From: Mesotaenium endlicherianum
Lineage: Eukaryota
Assembly: GCA_009602735.1 (NCBI GenBank)
Contig: WELA01000281.1
Location: 89,908-129,402 of the forward strand
Length of the DNA stretch: 39,495 nt
Reading direction: 5' to 3'
Position numbers and translations under genes: made by a program. Numbering within the stretch: the first letter of the stretch is position 1; each line of letters starts with the position of its first letter. The notes beneath the pieces are model-generated. The model was given only the letters and a program-made list of their open reading frames with translations, had not been told where the DNA came from and did no database searches. Shown here one piece after another: positions 1 through 12,179 of this stretch.

Positions 1-262
1 CCGCTGCCGCCGCTGCCGCTGCAGGCGAGAGCGCGGCCAGTGCCGGTGTTGGTGCCGGGGCCGGGGCCGGGGTCGCGGCGGGAGGCAAAAGCGCGGGGGC
101 GGGGCCGTTTGAGGGGGTGGAGAGTGCGTACTTTCCGGCGCGCGCGGGGTGCCGCCTGACGCTGTACCAGGACGCGCACGTGGCAGACGACTTCCGGCCC
201 AACATCGAGCTTGAGGGCGGGCGCGTGTACCAGCCCGCGCGCTGCTGGGAGGACATCTGCCG
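1..262 (+). CDS. PLD: PLD exon 1 in window (5' boundary uncertain, may lie outside the window)
   Basis: Frame 3 open from window start: Ala/Gly-rich stretch then [23 protein letters not shown]...CWEDIC; donor cg|gtgcgc at 263. Confidence 0.85.
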
Positions 263-3200
263 GTGCGCTTGCTCCGCCCTTCCATCCCTCGTCTCCTCCC
301 TCGTTGCCTCTCGTCTCGTCGCTCCCCGCCTCGTCTCGTCTCGTGTGTGGGAGGACACCTGCCGGTCCGCTTGTCTCGTCTCATCTTATCAAGCTGAGAA
401 CTCAGCTTGATAAGATGAGACGAGACAAGCGGAGAGCTGAGAGCTGCAATTCGTGACAACCTCAGAGAGGAGGGAAAGTGGGTTGGGTGTATGGGTGGGT
501 GGGTAGGTGTGGGTTTGTGTGTGTGGCTGCGGGTCTGGGTGTGGGGTGGGTGGGGTAGAGACGAGCTAAAAGAGGATGCGTCTGAAATTGATATCTACGG
601 CCTTGAGCTGGCCTGGGTTGGGCTGGGCCGGGCTGGGCTTGACTGGCCGGGCTGCGCTGGGGAGGGGCCGCCTAGTTCTGGGCGGGCGAAAGAGTGAGGA
701 GACATGCCGTTGTAGCGAGCTCCGATGCCGGGGCTGGCCGACGGCCGCACATGTGGCGTGAATGATGAGCTTGCCTGGGGTGCGATGGCGATGTGGCGCT
801 TGCGACTGGGGAACAGCAGGGGTGTGCCTTGGCGGGTTGGCGGGTTGGCGGGTTGGCGGGTTGCCGCCCCCAGCACGGGTGGGTGCGCGGGTTGGCATGT
901 GAGCGTGGGTGTGCGAGTGGGTGTGTGTGCGGGTGGGTGTGTGCGCGGGTTGGCATGTGAGCGTGGGTGTGCGAGTGGGTGTGTGTGCGGGTGGGTGTGT
1001 GCGCGGGTGGGTGTGTGCGGGCGGACAGAGATTGGGATCCCTGAGATGGAGGAGACCCCTGGTAGTGCTGGGCTGCGTTGAGTCAGTTTGAGGGATGCCT
1101 TAGGGAAGGAGAACGGTGGAGGACAGGGAAGGGCGTGGTGGCGTTTTACTCACCACAGAGCCGCCGCAGTCACTGTCGCCGTCATTGTCGCCATTGCGGT
1201 TGCTGTTTCTGCGCTTTTAGCTGCCCAAGTGCAGGAATGTCTGCGGGTGAGCACAGGGCCATGGTGGAGGCGAAGCAAGGGAGAGAGGGGGTGCTGGACT
1301 TGGCTGATCGGATGATAAAAGGAATGGGCTGAAGCGACACGCAATGTGCCGTGGTGGGTGTGACGTGGCATGGTGGGTGACCTCGCACGGTGGGTGACAC
1401 GTGGGGCGGTGCAGGGCGATAGTGGAGGCGAAGCATGCGATCTACATCACGGGGTGGTCCGTGTGGCACAAGGTGGTGCTCATGCGGGACCCCGCGCGGC
1501 CCATGCTGCCAGGTGGCAACCTCAGCCTGGGCGAGCTCCTGAAGAAGCGGGCGGCGGAGGGCGTGCGCGTGCTGGTGCTGCAGTGGGACGACAAGACCTC
1601 CTTCAACAGCCCCCTCGTGAACTCGGTACGTCCCCTCCCGCCCGGTCTCATCCCCTCGAGTCAGCCCCGAGACAACTCTGTATGTCCCCCTCTCTTCTAA
1701 TCTCAGGCCTCTCGTCCACCCCGTGCGTCTCTCCCAGTCGCCCTCTCTCTTAGCCTCAGCCCCGTCTCCTCTCCCTCAGTCGCCTGTCGTGCCCCCCTCT
1801 CCCCCGGTCTCAGCCCCCTGGTCAACTCTCCGCGTCTCTTCTTGCCCGGTCTCGGCCTCCTTGTCCAATAAATGCGAACCCTTTCTAGTGGTCGCAGGCG
1901 CCAGTTCTTGAAGGGGGAGGGGGAGGGGGAGGGGGAGGGGGATGAGGGGAGAGAAAATGTCATTTGTTGCGCGCGTTCCTGTGCGCGTGCATGCGTGTGC
2001 TAGCACTTGTGGTGGTGGCTGTGGAACGACTGGATAGCTCTGCGCGGGCGAGCGTGGCCTTGCGAGTGGGGAGAGACGCAGCAGGTCTGCGTGCCTGTGT
2101 TGGCGTGGAGGCGTGCGCGGGCGTTGGCTTACATGAGGGCGTATGTGTGAGCCCGTGCGTTGACACGGCCGTGCCTGCGTGCGTGCGTGCGTGCGTCTCT
2201 GCGTGGGCTTACACGTGGGCGCATGCGTGCGCGTGGGTGCTTGGGGGCGTGGGGGCATGCCTCTGCGGCGCGGCAGGGGGGCGTGATGGCGACGCACGAC
2301 GAGGATACGCAGAAGTATTTTCGCAACTCCAAGGTGCGCTGCTTGCTGGCCGCGCGCCTGCCCGACTCGAAGCTCAGCCTCTTCCGCCAGCAGCTTGTGG
2401 GCACCTTCTACACGCACCACCAGAAGACCGTCGTCGCCGACGCGCCCCTGGTGCCAGCTGGCTCCGCCGCGGCGGACGGGGGCGCGGCGACGGGCGGGGG
2501 CGGCACTCGCCACCTCGTCGCGTTCGTGGGCGGCATCGACCTGTGCGACGGCCGCTACGACACGCAGGCGCACTCGCTCTTCCGCACGATCCGCACGGTG
2601 CACGCGGACGACTTCAAGCAGAACAACGTGGCCAACATCACCAAGGAGACGGGCGGGCCGCGCCAGCCGTGGCACGACCTGCACTGCCGCGTGGAGGGGC
2701 CCGCCGCGTGGGACGTGCTCGCCAACTTCCAGCAGCGCTGGCGCCGCATCGCGCGCTTCCGCAAAGAGCGCCGCCACCGCAAGGACCTCGAGGTGTTCTA
2801 CCGCGTGCCCCAGCTGGCGCGCCCGGCGGCTGACAACAGCGACCGCTGGAAGGGCGGGCCCGGCGCTGGCGACCCCGCCGTCATGGTCACGCACGCCGAC
2901 GACCCCGCCACCTGGCACTCCCAGGTGGGCCCCCCGCCGCCCCGTCCCGCCTGCTGGCCTGCCCTCACTGTCTCTCTCTCTGCCCTCCCCCCCTCCGCCT
3001 CCCCCTCTCTCCTCTCACTCTCTCTGCCTCCAAAACGCCTGCTATATCTGAATCATTATTTGCATCATGGCTGCACATTGTCCGAAAGCTCAGCATCTGG
3101 TTCTCCTCTGGCGTTCTCCTCCTGTCTAGAATCCCCTGGGGGCAACGTGCTGCCTCCACGAGCGTGCCACCTGTTAGGCCCCGCATCTTGAAGCGGCCTC

Positions 3201-4818
3201 GTCATGCGACGCCTGGCCCGTCGGTTATCGCACTCTCTCCTGCCCGGAGCCTTTGAGACCATCCTATCAGCTTGCATAGAGTCGTCTGTCTGCGAATACA
3301 GGGGCATGACGTAGGCATTCCCTGACGCCCGGCGTCCCCCCCAAACAAGTCTACTGGCTCCCATACTTTGCGCTTCTCTAGCTGTGTTTGGGACTGAGAT
3401 GTTTGCGCCTCACACGCGCGGTTCACTTGTCGACCAGCCAGCCAGCCAGCATGCCCCGCCGTGCAAGCCGTGCGCGCCAGGCAAGAGCAAAGCAACGCAA
3501 GAAGAACGGTGAAACTCAGAGCCGGGAAGGAAGAGGGCAGCCTTGCCGTCTCATCTCACTCTCAACTGACCTCCTCCCCTCCTTGACGTCCGTGCGTCCG
3601 TGCTGTCTGCGTACGTGCATGCATGCGTGTGTGGGTGCGTGCACGTGTGTGTGTTCGTGTGTTCGTGCTTGCGTGCGTGTGTGTTCGTGTGTGCGTGCGT
3701 GCTGCGTGTGTGCGTGTGCGTGTGTGTGCGCATGCCCGAGCAGTTGTTCCGATCCATCGACTCTGGATCCGTGAAGGGATTTCCCGACAAGGCGAAGATC
3801 GCAGAGGCGCAGGTGAGAGAGAGAGCTGCGCCTCCCCCCTTCCCCCCTTCCCGCCACCCCCCCTCCGCCCCACCCTCTCTTTGCTGCCCATTCCCCCTCT
3901 CCTCTGTCACACCCCTCCCCCTCTCCCTCTCCCTCCCTCCTGTCCCTCCCTCCCTCTGTCCCTGAGTGACCTCCTTCACCTGCCCTCCTTCCTCTTTCTT
4001 CCCCTCCTTTCCTTCCTGGCCCTCGCCTTGCTGCCCCGCCTGCCCCTACTGCGGAGAGCGCAGGAGCAGAAGCAGCAATCAGCAGCAGAAGCAGCTCAAG
4101 GCTGCCGCTGCCGCCGCCGCCGCAGCAGCAGCTGCTAGATGCAGCAGCAGCTGCTCGACTCACGCTTGCTTCTGCCTCTGCATTGGGGATTGCTGGAGGG
4201 AGCCCGACCCGTGCGAGGGCCGCCCCACCTGCTGGTGAGACTGGGCGCGCGTGCGCATGCGTGTGGGCCTATGGAAACCGGCGTAGGCGCCAATGCAGGT
4301 ACGGGTGTGCGGGTGTGCGGGTGTGCGCGTGCGGGGCGCTTGTGTGACTGCGAGTGTGGCTCTGTTGGTGCGGGTGTGGGCGTGGTTCTGGGGGTGTTGG
4401 TGTGGCTGTGAACGGGGGGGCGTCGCGGGGGAGAGCAGCACCTGGCGATGGAGAAGGGCGTGGTGGTGGACCGCAGTATGCACGAGGGGTGGGTGCAGGC
4501 CATCCGGCGCGCGCACCACTTTGTGTACATCGAGTCGCAGTACTTCCTCGGCTCCTCCTTCGCCTGGGACAAGCACACGGCCTGCGGTACGTGCGCATGC
4601 ATGTGTGTGTGTGTGTGTGTGTGTCTGCTGCTACGTGCACGCGCACGCGCACGCTCCCATGTGGCCCCTTCTTTGCCTGGGACAAGCTCGCGGCCTGCAG
4701 TGTGCGTGTCTGTTTTTGCGCATGCACCTTCCCCGCCGGCTCATGGCTTGGGGGCATCTACTTGCTCTTTTCGTGCACTCCCACAAACGCACACACTCAC
4801 AGGCACGCATGCGCGTGT

Positions 4819-4859
<41 letters not shown>

Positions 4860-7800
4860 CACACGCACACACACGCACACGTACGTACATACACATACAC
4901 ACAGACACACAGTTACTTTTTGGGCTCCTCCTTTGCCTGGGACAGGAACACGGGCTGCAATTTTGAAGTATGCATGTGCGAGCTTGCAAGCACGCATGCA
5001 TTGACACGCATGCAAGCGTGCGCGCGCACACGGACGCACTCATACATGGCCCTCCTCTGCCTGGGACAAGCACACGTGCACCCGGGTTGCAGCGTATATG
5101 TGCATGCATGCATGCATGCAAGCACGCGTGCACGCACACGCCTGCACGCGTAAGCACACGCATGCATGCCCACNGGTGGAGAGTGCGTACTTTCCGGCGC
5201 GCGCGGGGTGCCGCCTGACGCTGTACCAGGACGCGCACGTGGCAGACGACTTCCGGCCCAACATCGAGCTTGAGGGCGGGCGCGTGTACCAGCCCGCGCG
5301 CTGCTGGGAGGACATCTGCCGGTGCGCTTGCTCCGCCCTTCCATCCCTCGTCTCCTCCCTCGTTGCCTCTCGTCTCGTCGCTCCCCGCCTCGTCTCGTCT
5401 CGTGTGTGGGAGGACACCTGCCGGTCCGCTTGTCTCGTCTCATCTTATCAAGCTGAGAACTCAGCTTGATAAGATGAGACGAGACAAGCGGAGAGCTGAG
5501 AGCTGCAATTCGTGACAACCTCAGAGAGGAGGGAAAGTGGGTTGGGTGTATGGGTGGGTGGGTAGGTGTGGGTTTGTGTGTGTGGCTGCGGGTCTGGGTG
5601 TGGGGTGGGTGGGGTAGAGACGAGCTAAAAGAGGATGCGTCTGAAATTGATATCTACGGCCTTGAGCTGGCCTGGGTTGGGCTGGGCCGGGCTGGGCTTG
5701 ACTGGCCGGGCTGCGCTGGGGAGGGGCCGCCTAGTTCTGGGCGGGCGAAAGAGTGAGGAGACATGCCGTTGTAGCGAGCTCCGATGCCGGGGCTGGCCGA
5801 CGGCCGCACATGTGGCGTGAATGATGAGCTTGCCTGGGGTGCGATGGCGATGTGGCGCTTGCGACTGGGGAACAGCAGGGGTGTGCCTTGGCGGGTTGGC
5901 GGGTTGGCGGGTTGGCGGGTTGCCGCCCCCAGCACGGGTGGGTGCGCGGGTTGGCATGTGAGCGTGGGTGTGCGAGTGGGTGTGTGTGCGGGTGGGTGTG
6001 TGCGCGGGTTGGCATGTGAGCGTGGGTGTGCGAGTGGGTGTGTGTGCGGGTGGGTGTGTGCGCGGGTGGGTGTGTGCGGGCGGACAGAGATTGGGATCCC
6101 TGAGATGGAGGAGACCCCTGGTAGTGCTGGGCTGCGTTGAGTCAGTTTGAGGGATGCCTTAGGGAAGGAGAACGGTGGAGGACAGGGAAGGGCGTGGTGG
6201 CGTTTTACTCACCACAGAGCCGCCGCAGTCACTGTCGCCGTCATTGTCGCCATTGCGGTTGCTGTTTCTGCGCTTTTAGCTGCCCAAGTGCAGGAATGTC
6301 TGCGGGTGAGCACAGGGCCATGGTGGAGGCGAAGCAAGGGAGAGAGGGGGTGCTGGACTTGGCTGATCGGATGATAAAAGGAATGGGCTGAAGCGACACG
6401 CAATGTGCCGTGGTGGGTGTGACGTGGCATGGTGGGTGACCTCGCACGGTGGGTGACACGTGGGGCGGTGCAGGGCGATAGTGGAGGCGAAGCATGCGAT
6501 CTACATCACGGGGTGGTCCGTGTGGCACAAGGTGGTGCTCATGCGGGACCCCGCGCGGCCCATGCTGCCAGGTGGCAACCTCAGCCTGGGCGAGCTCCTG
6601 AAGAAGCGGGCGGCGGAGGGCGTGCGCGTGCTGGTGCTGCAGTGGGACGACAAGACCTCCTTCAACAGCCCCCTCGTGAACTCGGTACGTCCCCTCCCGC
6701 CCGGTCTCATCCCCTCGAGTCAGCCCCGAGACAACTCTGTATGTCCCCCTCTCTTCTAATCTCAGGCCTCTCGTCCACCCCGTGCGTCTCTCCCAGTCGC
6801 CCTCTCTCTTAGCCTCAGCCCCGTCTCCTCTCCCTCAGTCGCCTGTCGTGCCCCCCTCTCCCCCGGTCTCAGCCCCCTGGTCAACTCTCCGCGTCTCTTC
6901 TTGCCCGGTCTCGGCCTCCTTGTCCAATAAATGCGAACCCTTTCTAGTGGTCGCAGGCGCCAGTTCTTGAAGGGGGAGGGGGAGGGGGAGGGGGAGGGGG
7001 ATGAGGGGAGAGAAAATGTCATTTGTTGCGCGCGTTCCTGTGCGCGTGCATGCGTGTGCTAGCACTTGTGGTGGTGGCTGTGGAACGACTGGATAGCTCT
7101 GCGCGGGCGAGCGTGGCCTTGCGAGTGGGGAGAGACGCAGCAGGTCTGCGTGCCTGTGTTGGCGTGGAGGCGTGCGCGGGCGTTGGCTTACATGAGGGCG
7201 TATGTGTGAGCCCGTGCGTTGACACGGCCGTGCCTGCGTGCGTGCGTGCGTGCGTCTCTGCGTGGGCTTACACGTGGGCGCATGCGTGCGCGTGGGTGCT
7301 TGGGGGCGTGGGGGCATGCCTCTGCGGCGCGGCAGGGGGGCGTGATGGCGACGCACGACGAGGATACGCAGAAGTATTTTCGCAACTCCAAGGTGCGCTG
7401 CTTGCTGGCCGCGCGCCTGCCCGACTCGAAGCTCAGCCTCTTCCGCCAGCAGCTTGTGGGCACCTTCTACACGCACCACCAGAAGACCGTCGTCGCCGAC
7501 GCGCCCCTGGTGCCAGCTGGCTCCGCCGCGGCGGACGGGGGCGCGGCGACGGGCGGGGGCGGCACTCGCCACCTCGTCGCGTTCGTGGGCGGCATCGACC
7601 TGTGCGACGGCCGCTACGACACGCAGGCGCACTCGCTCTTCCGCACGATCCGCACGGTGCACGCGGACGACTTCAAGCAGAACAACGTGGCCAACATCAC
7701 CAAGGAGACGGGCGGGCCGCGCCAGCCGTGGCACGACCTGCACTGCCGCGTGGAGGGGCCCGCCGCGTGGGACGTGCTCGCCAACTTCCAGCAGCGCTGG

Positions 7801-9877
7801 CGCCGCATCGCGCGCTTCCGCAAAGAGCGCCGCCACCGCAAGGACCTCGAGGTGTTCTACCGCGTGCCCCAGCTGGCGCGCCCGGCGGCTGACAACAGCG
7901 ACCGCTGGAAGGGCGGGCCCGGCGCTGGCGACCCCGCCGTCATGGTCACGCACGCCGACGACCCCGCCACCTGGCACTCCCAGGTGGGCCCCCCGCCGCC
8001 CCGTCCCGCCTGCTGGCCTGCCCTCACTGTCTCTCTCTCTGCCCTCCCCCCCTCCGCCTCCCCCTCTCTCCTCTCACTCTCTCTGCCTCCAAAACGCCTG
8101 CTATATCTGAATCATTATTTGCATCATGGCTGCACATTGTCCGAAAGCTCAGCATCTGGTTCTCCTCTGGCGTTCTCCTCCTGTCTAGAATCCCCTGGGG
8201 GCAACGTGCTGCCTCCACGAGCGTGCCACCTGTTAGGCCCCGCATCTTGAAGCGGCCTCGTCATGCGACGCCTGGCCCGTCGGTTATCGCACTCTCTCCT
8301 GCCCGGAGCCTTTGAGACCATCCTATCAGCTTGCATAGAGTCGTCTGTCTGCGAATACAGGGGCATGACGTAGGCATTCCCTGACGCCCGGCGTCCCCCC
8401 CAAACAAGTCTACTGGCTCCCATACTTTGCGCTTCTCTAGCTGTGTTTGGGACTGAGATGTTTGCGCCTCACACGCGCGGTTCACTTGTCGACCAGCCAG
8501 CCAGCCAGCATGCCCCGCCGTGCAAGCCGTGCGCGCCAGGCAAGAGCAAAGCAACGCAAGAAGAACGGTGAAACTCAGAGCCGGGAAGGAAGAGGGCAGC
8601 CTTGCCGTCTCATCTCACTCTCAACTGACCTCCTCCCCTCCTTGACGTCCGTGCGTCCGTGCTGTCTGCGTACGTGCATGCATGCGTGTGTGGGTGCGTG
8701 CACGTGTGTGTGTTCGTGTGTTCGTGCTTGCGTGCGTGTGTGTTCGTGTGTGCGTGCGTGCTGCGTGTGTGCGTGTGCGTGTGTGTGCGCATGCCCGAGC
8801 AGTTGTTCCGATCCATCGACTCTGGATCCGTGAAGGGATTTCCCGACAAGGCGAAGATCGCAGAGGCGCAGGTGAGAGAGAGAGCTGCGCCTCCCCCCTT
8901 CCCCCCTTCCCGCCACCCCCCCTCCGCCCCACCCTCTCTTTGCTGCCCATTCCCCCTCTCCTCTGTCACACCCCTCCCCCTCTCCCTCTCCCTCCCTCCT
9001 GTCCCTCCCTCCCTCTGTCCCTGAGTGACCTCCTTCACCTGCCCTCCTTCCTCTTTCTTCCCCTCCTTTCCTTCCTGGCCCTCGCCTTGCTGCCCCGCCT
9101 GCCCCTACTGCGGAGAGCGCAGGAGCAGAAGCAGCAATCAGCAGCAGAAGCAGCTCAAGGCTGCCGCTGCCGCCGCCGCCGCAGCAGCAGCTGCTAGATG
9201 CAGCAGCAGCTGCTCGACTCACGCTTGCTTCTGCCTCTGCATTGGGGATTGCTGGAGGGAGCCCGACCCGTGCGAGGGCCGCCCCACCTGCTGGTGAGAC
9301 TGGGCGCGCGTGCGCATGCGTGTGGGCCTATGGAAACCGGCGTAGGCGCCAATGCAGGTACGGGTGTGCGGGTGTGCGGGTGTGCGCGTGCGGGGCGCTT
9401 GTGTGACTGCGAGTGTGGCTCTGTTGGTGCGGGTGTGGGCGTGGTTCTGGGGGTGTTGGTGTGGCTGTGAACGGGGGGGCGTCGCGGGGGAGAGCAGCAC
9501 CTGGCGATGGAGAAGGGCGTGGTGGTGGACCGCAGTATGCACGAGGGGTGGGTGCAGGCCATCCGGCGCGCGCACCACTTTGTGTACATCGAGTCGCAGT
9601 ACTTCCTCGGCTCCTCCTTCGCCTGGGACAAGCACACGGCCTGCGGTACGTGCGCATGCATGTGTGTGTGTGTGTGTGTGTGTCTGCTGCTACGTGCACG
9701 CGCACGCGCACGCTCCCATGTGGCCCCTTCTTTGCCTGGGACAAGCTCGCGGCCTGCAGTGTGCGTGTCTGTTTTTGCGCATGCACCTTCCCCGCCGGCT
9801 CATGGCTTGGGGGCATCTACTTGCTCTTTTCGTGCACTCCCACAAACGCACACACTCACAGGCACGCATGCGCGTGT

Positions 9878-9918
<41 letters not shown>

Positions 9919-11598
9919 CACACGCACACACACGCACACGTACGTACATACACATACACACAGACACACAGTTACTTTTTGGGCTCCTCCTTTGCCTGGG
10001 ACAGGAACACGGGCTGCAATTTTGAAGTATGCATGTGCGAGCTTGCAAGCACGCATGCATTGACACGCATGCAAGCGTGCGCGCGCACACGGACGCACTC
10101 ATACATGGCCCTCCTCTGCCTGGGACAAGCACACGTGCACCCGGGTTGCAGCGTATATGTGCATGCATGCATGCATGCAAGCACGCGTGCACGCACACGC
10201 CTGCACGCGTAAGCACACGCATGCATGCCCACGTGTGCATGCACGCGTGCGCACCAGACGTGGGTGTCCGCATGCAACAAGAGCTGCTCCTAGCACGCGT
10301 GCATACATCCTTGCATGCACGCCTGCGCACACTTGCATCCTCTGCATCAACAGGCATGGGAGCGTGCACTCCCCACAGCCACACCCGCTCCAAGGCTGAT
10401 CATACTCCTGCAGGGATGCAACAACCTGATCTCCTGTGACAGACTAGTGCCGAGCTGGGGGCTTGCCCTCTCATACCATTGCCGCCCGCCCGCCCGCCCG
10501 CCCGCCCGCCTGCCTGCCTGCCTGCCTGCCTACCTCGCTCTTCAAGCAAGCGGAGGGCAACAACAAGAGCCCTCCAAAAACCGACTGGAGTCGAGAACCT
10601 TGCTCCGAAATCATCGCTTGCTTTGTGGGTGCTCTTACGCTGGCAGGTTGCAACGTGTTCCATTATGAGCTCTTTCTAACAGCCTCACTGCCCGCCTGCC
10701 TGCCTGCCTGCCCGCCCGCCTGCCCGCCTGCGTGCTCACGCCTGTCTGCCTGTGTGCTTGCGCGTGCGTGCAGGGTGCAACAACATGATCCCCATCGAGC
10801 TGGCGCTGAAGGTGGCGTCCAAGATCCGCGCGGGCGAGCCATTTGGCGCGTACGTGGTGCTGCCCATGTGGCCCGAGGGCATCCCTGAATCTGGCACCGT
10901 GCAGGCCATCCTCAATTTCCAGGTGTGCGCGCGCTGCTGCCTGCGTGCCTGCGTGCCCATGTGCGTGCTCGTATCTATGTGCATGTGTGCGTGCATGTGT
11001 GCGCCTGAGGTGGCGCTCTGCCCCTGCCCCTCCCCCCTCCTCCCCTTCCCCCCTCTCCTGCTNCTTGTGCTCTGCGCCCCAGCTTGCAGGCCAGCCTCGT
11101 GTATGTGTGGGCGCTCCTGCATGTCTGAGATGTGCCCCCCCTGCCTCCATTTCCAAAACAGGGAACAGGCATGTGCTGCTCCGCATATCTGGGAACAGAG
11201 TTGATGGGCATCCTCCAGCTCCAGGAACGTGCGCAGCTGTGTGCGCGTGCGCGTGCGCGTGCCTGTGCATGTGTTCATGTGCGTGTGGGTGCAAATAAAA
11301 GCGCCTGATTGCTGCGCAGCTGGGGCGCCCTTTACTTCCAGGTGAGCGGTGGGCATGTGCGTGCGCACGCGCAAAGCCTAACATGCGCGCCTCCCCACCT
11401 GCCTCCCGTCCTCTGCCAATCCCTCTTCCCCCCTGCGAGTCATTGTGGATGCCGTTGGGAGCTCGACAAGCTGGAGCTGACAAGTGGCGCGCGTGGCCTC
11501 CTCCTCCCTCTCGCTCTCCCTCGTTTCTCTCCCCCCCCCCCNNNNNNNNNNNNNNNNNNNNNNNNNNNNNNNNNNNNNNNNNNNNNNNNNNNNNNNNN

Positions 11599-11646
<48 letters not shown>

Positions 11647-12135
11647 CAGACGGAGACGATGAGGATGATGTACAAGATCATTGGGCAGGCCATCGAGGAG
11701 AAGGGCCTGCAGGGCGTGTCCCCGCGGGACTTCCTGGGGTTCTACTGCCTGGCCAACCGGGAGGTCAAGGACCCGGACGAGCCGGAGCCGGCAAAGCCGT
11801 ACAAGCCCGACTCCAACGAGGTCCGCTCTTGTTTTCGTCGCTGCCTCTCTTGCGCGCTCCCTCTCTCTCTCTCTCTATCTCTATCTTTAGCTCACGTTCT
11901 CTGTTGCGCAGTTTCTCCCTTGGGCTCTCTGTCTCTCTCTTTCTCTCCATCTCCCTCCCTCTCCTTCCCTCTCCCTCTCCCTCCCCCTCTCTCTTTGTTG
12001 CTCTCTTTTCTTCCCTCGATGTCCTTCTTTTCTCTCTCCCTCTCTCCCTCTTCCCAACTCTCTTTCTCCTTCTCCCCCCCCCTATTTGTATTACTGCCCC
12101 ACTTCTGTGCCCCGCCTTGTCCCACACACTGACCC

Positions 12136-12179
<44 letters not shown>

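Larger units (their letters stand above)
116..10232. repeat. Tandem duplication, 5058-bp unit (116-5173 and 5175-10232) joined by one N
   Basis: No differences seen between copies, including microsatellite lengths; ORF tracks identical at offset 5059. Confidence 0.92.

Noticed and set aside
829..861. (ttggcggg)n as clustered E2F sites
   Set aside because: Lacks the full TTTSSCGS context and lies in a PLD intron; simple tandem repeat. No convincing E2F site was seen upstream of ORC1 either.
1776..2918. 380-aa minus-strand ORF (and its copy 6835-7977)
   Set aside because: Antisense shadow of GC-rich PLD exon 3 plus intron repeats; no independent motifs
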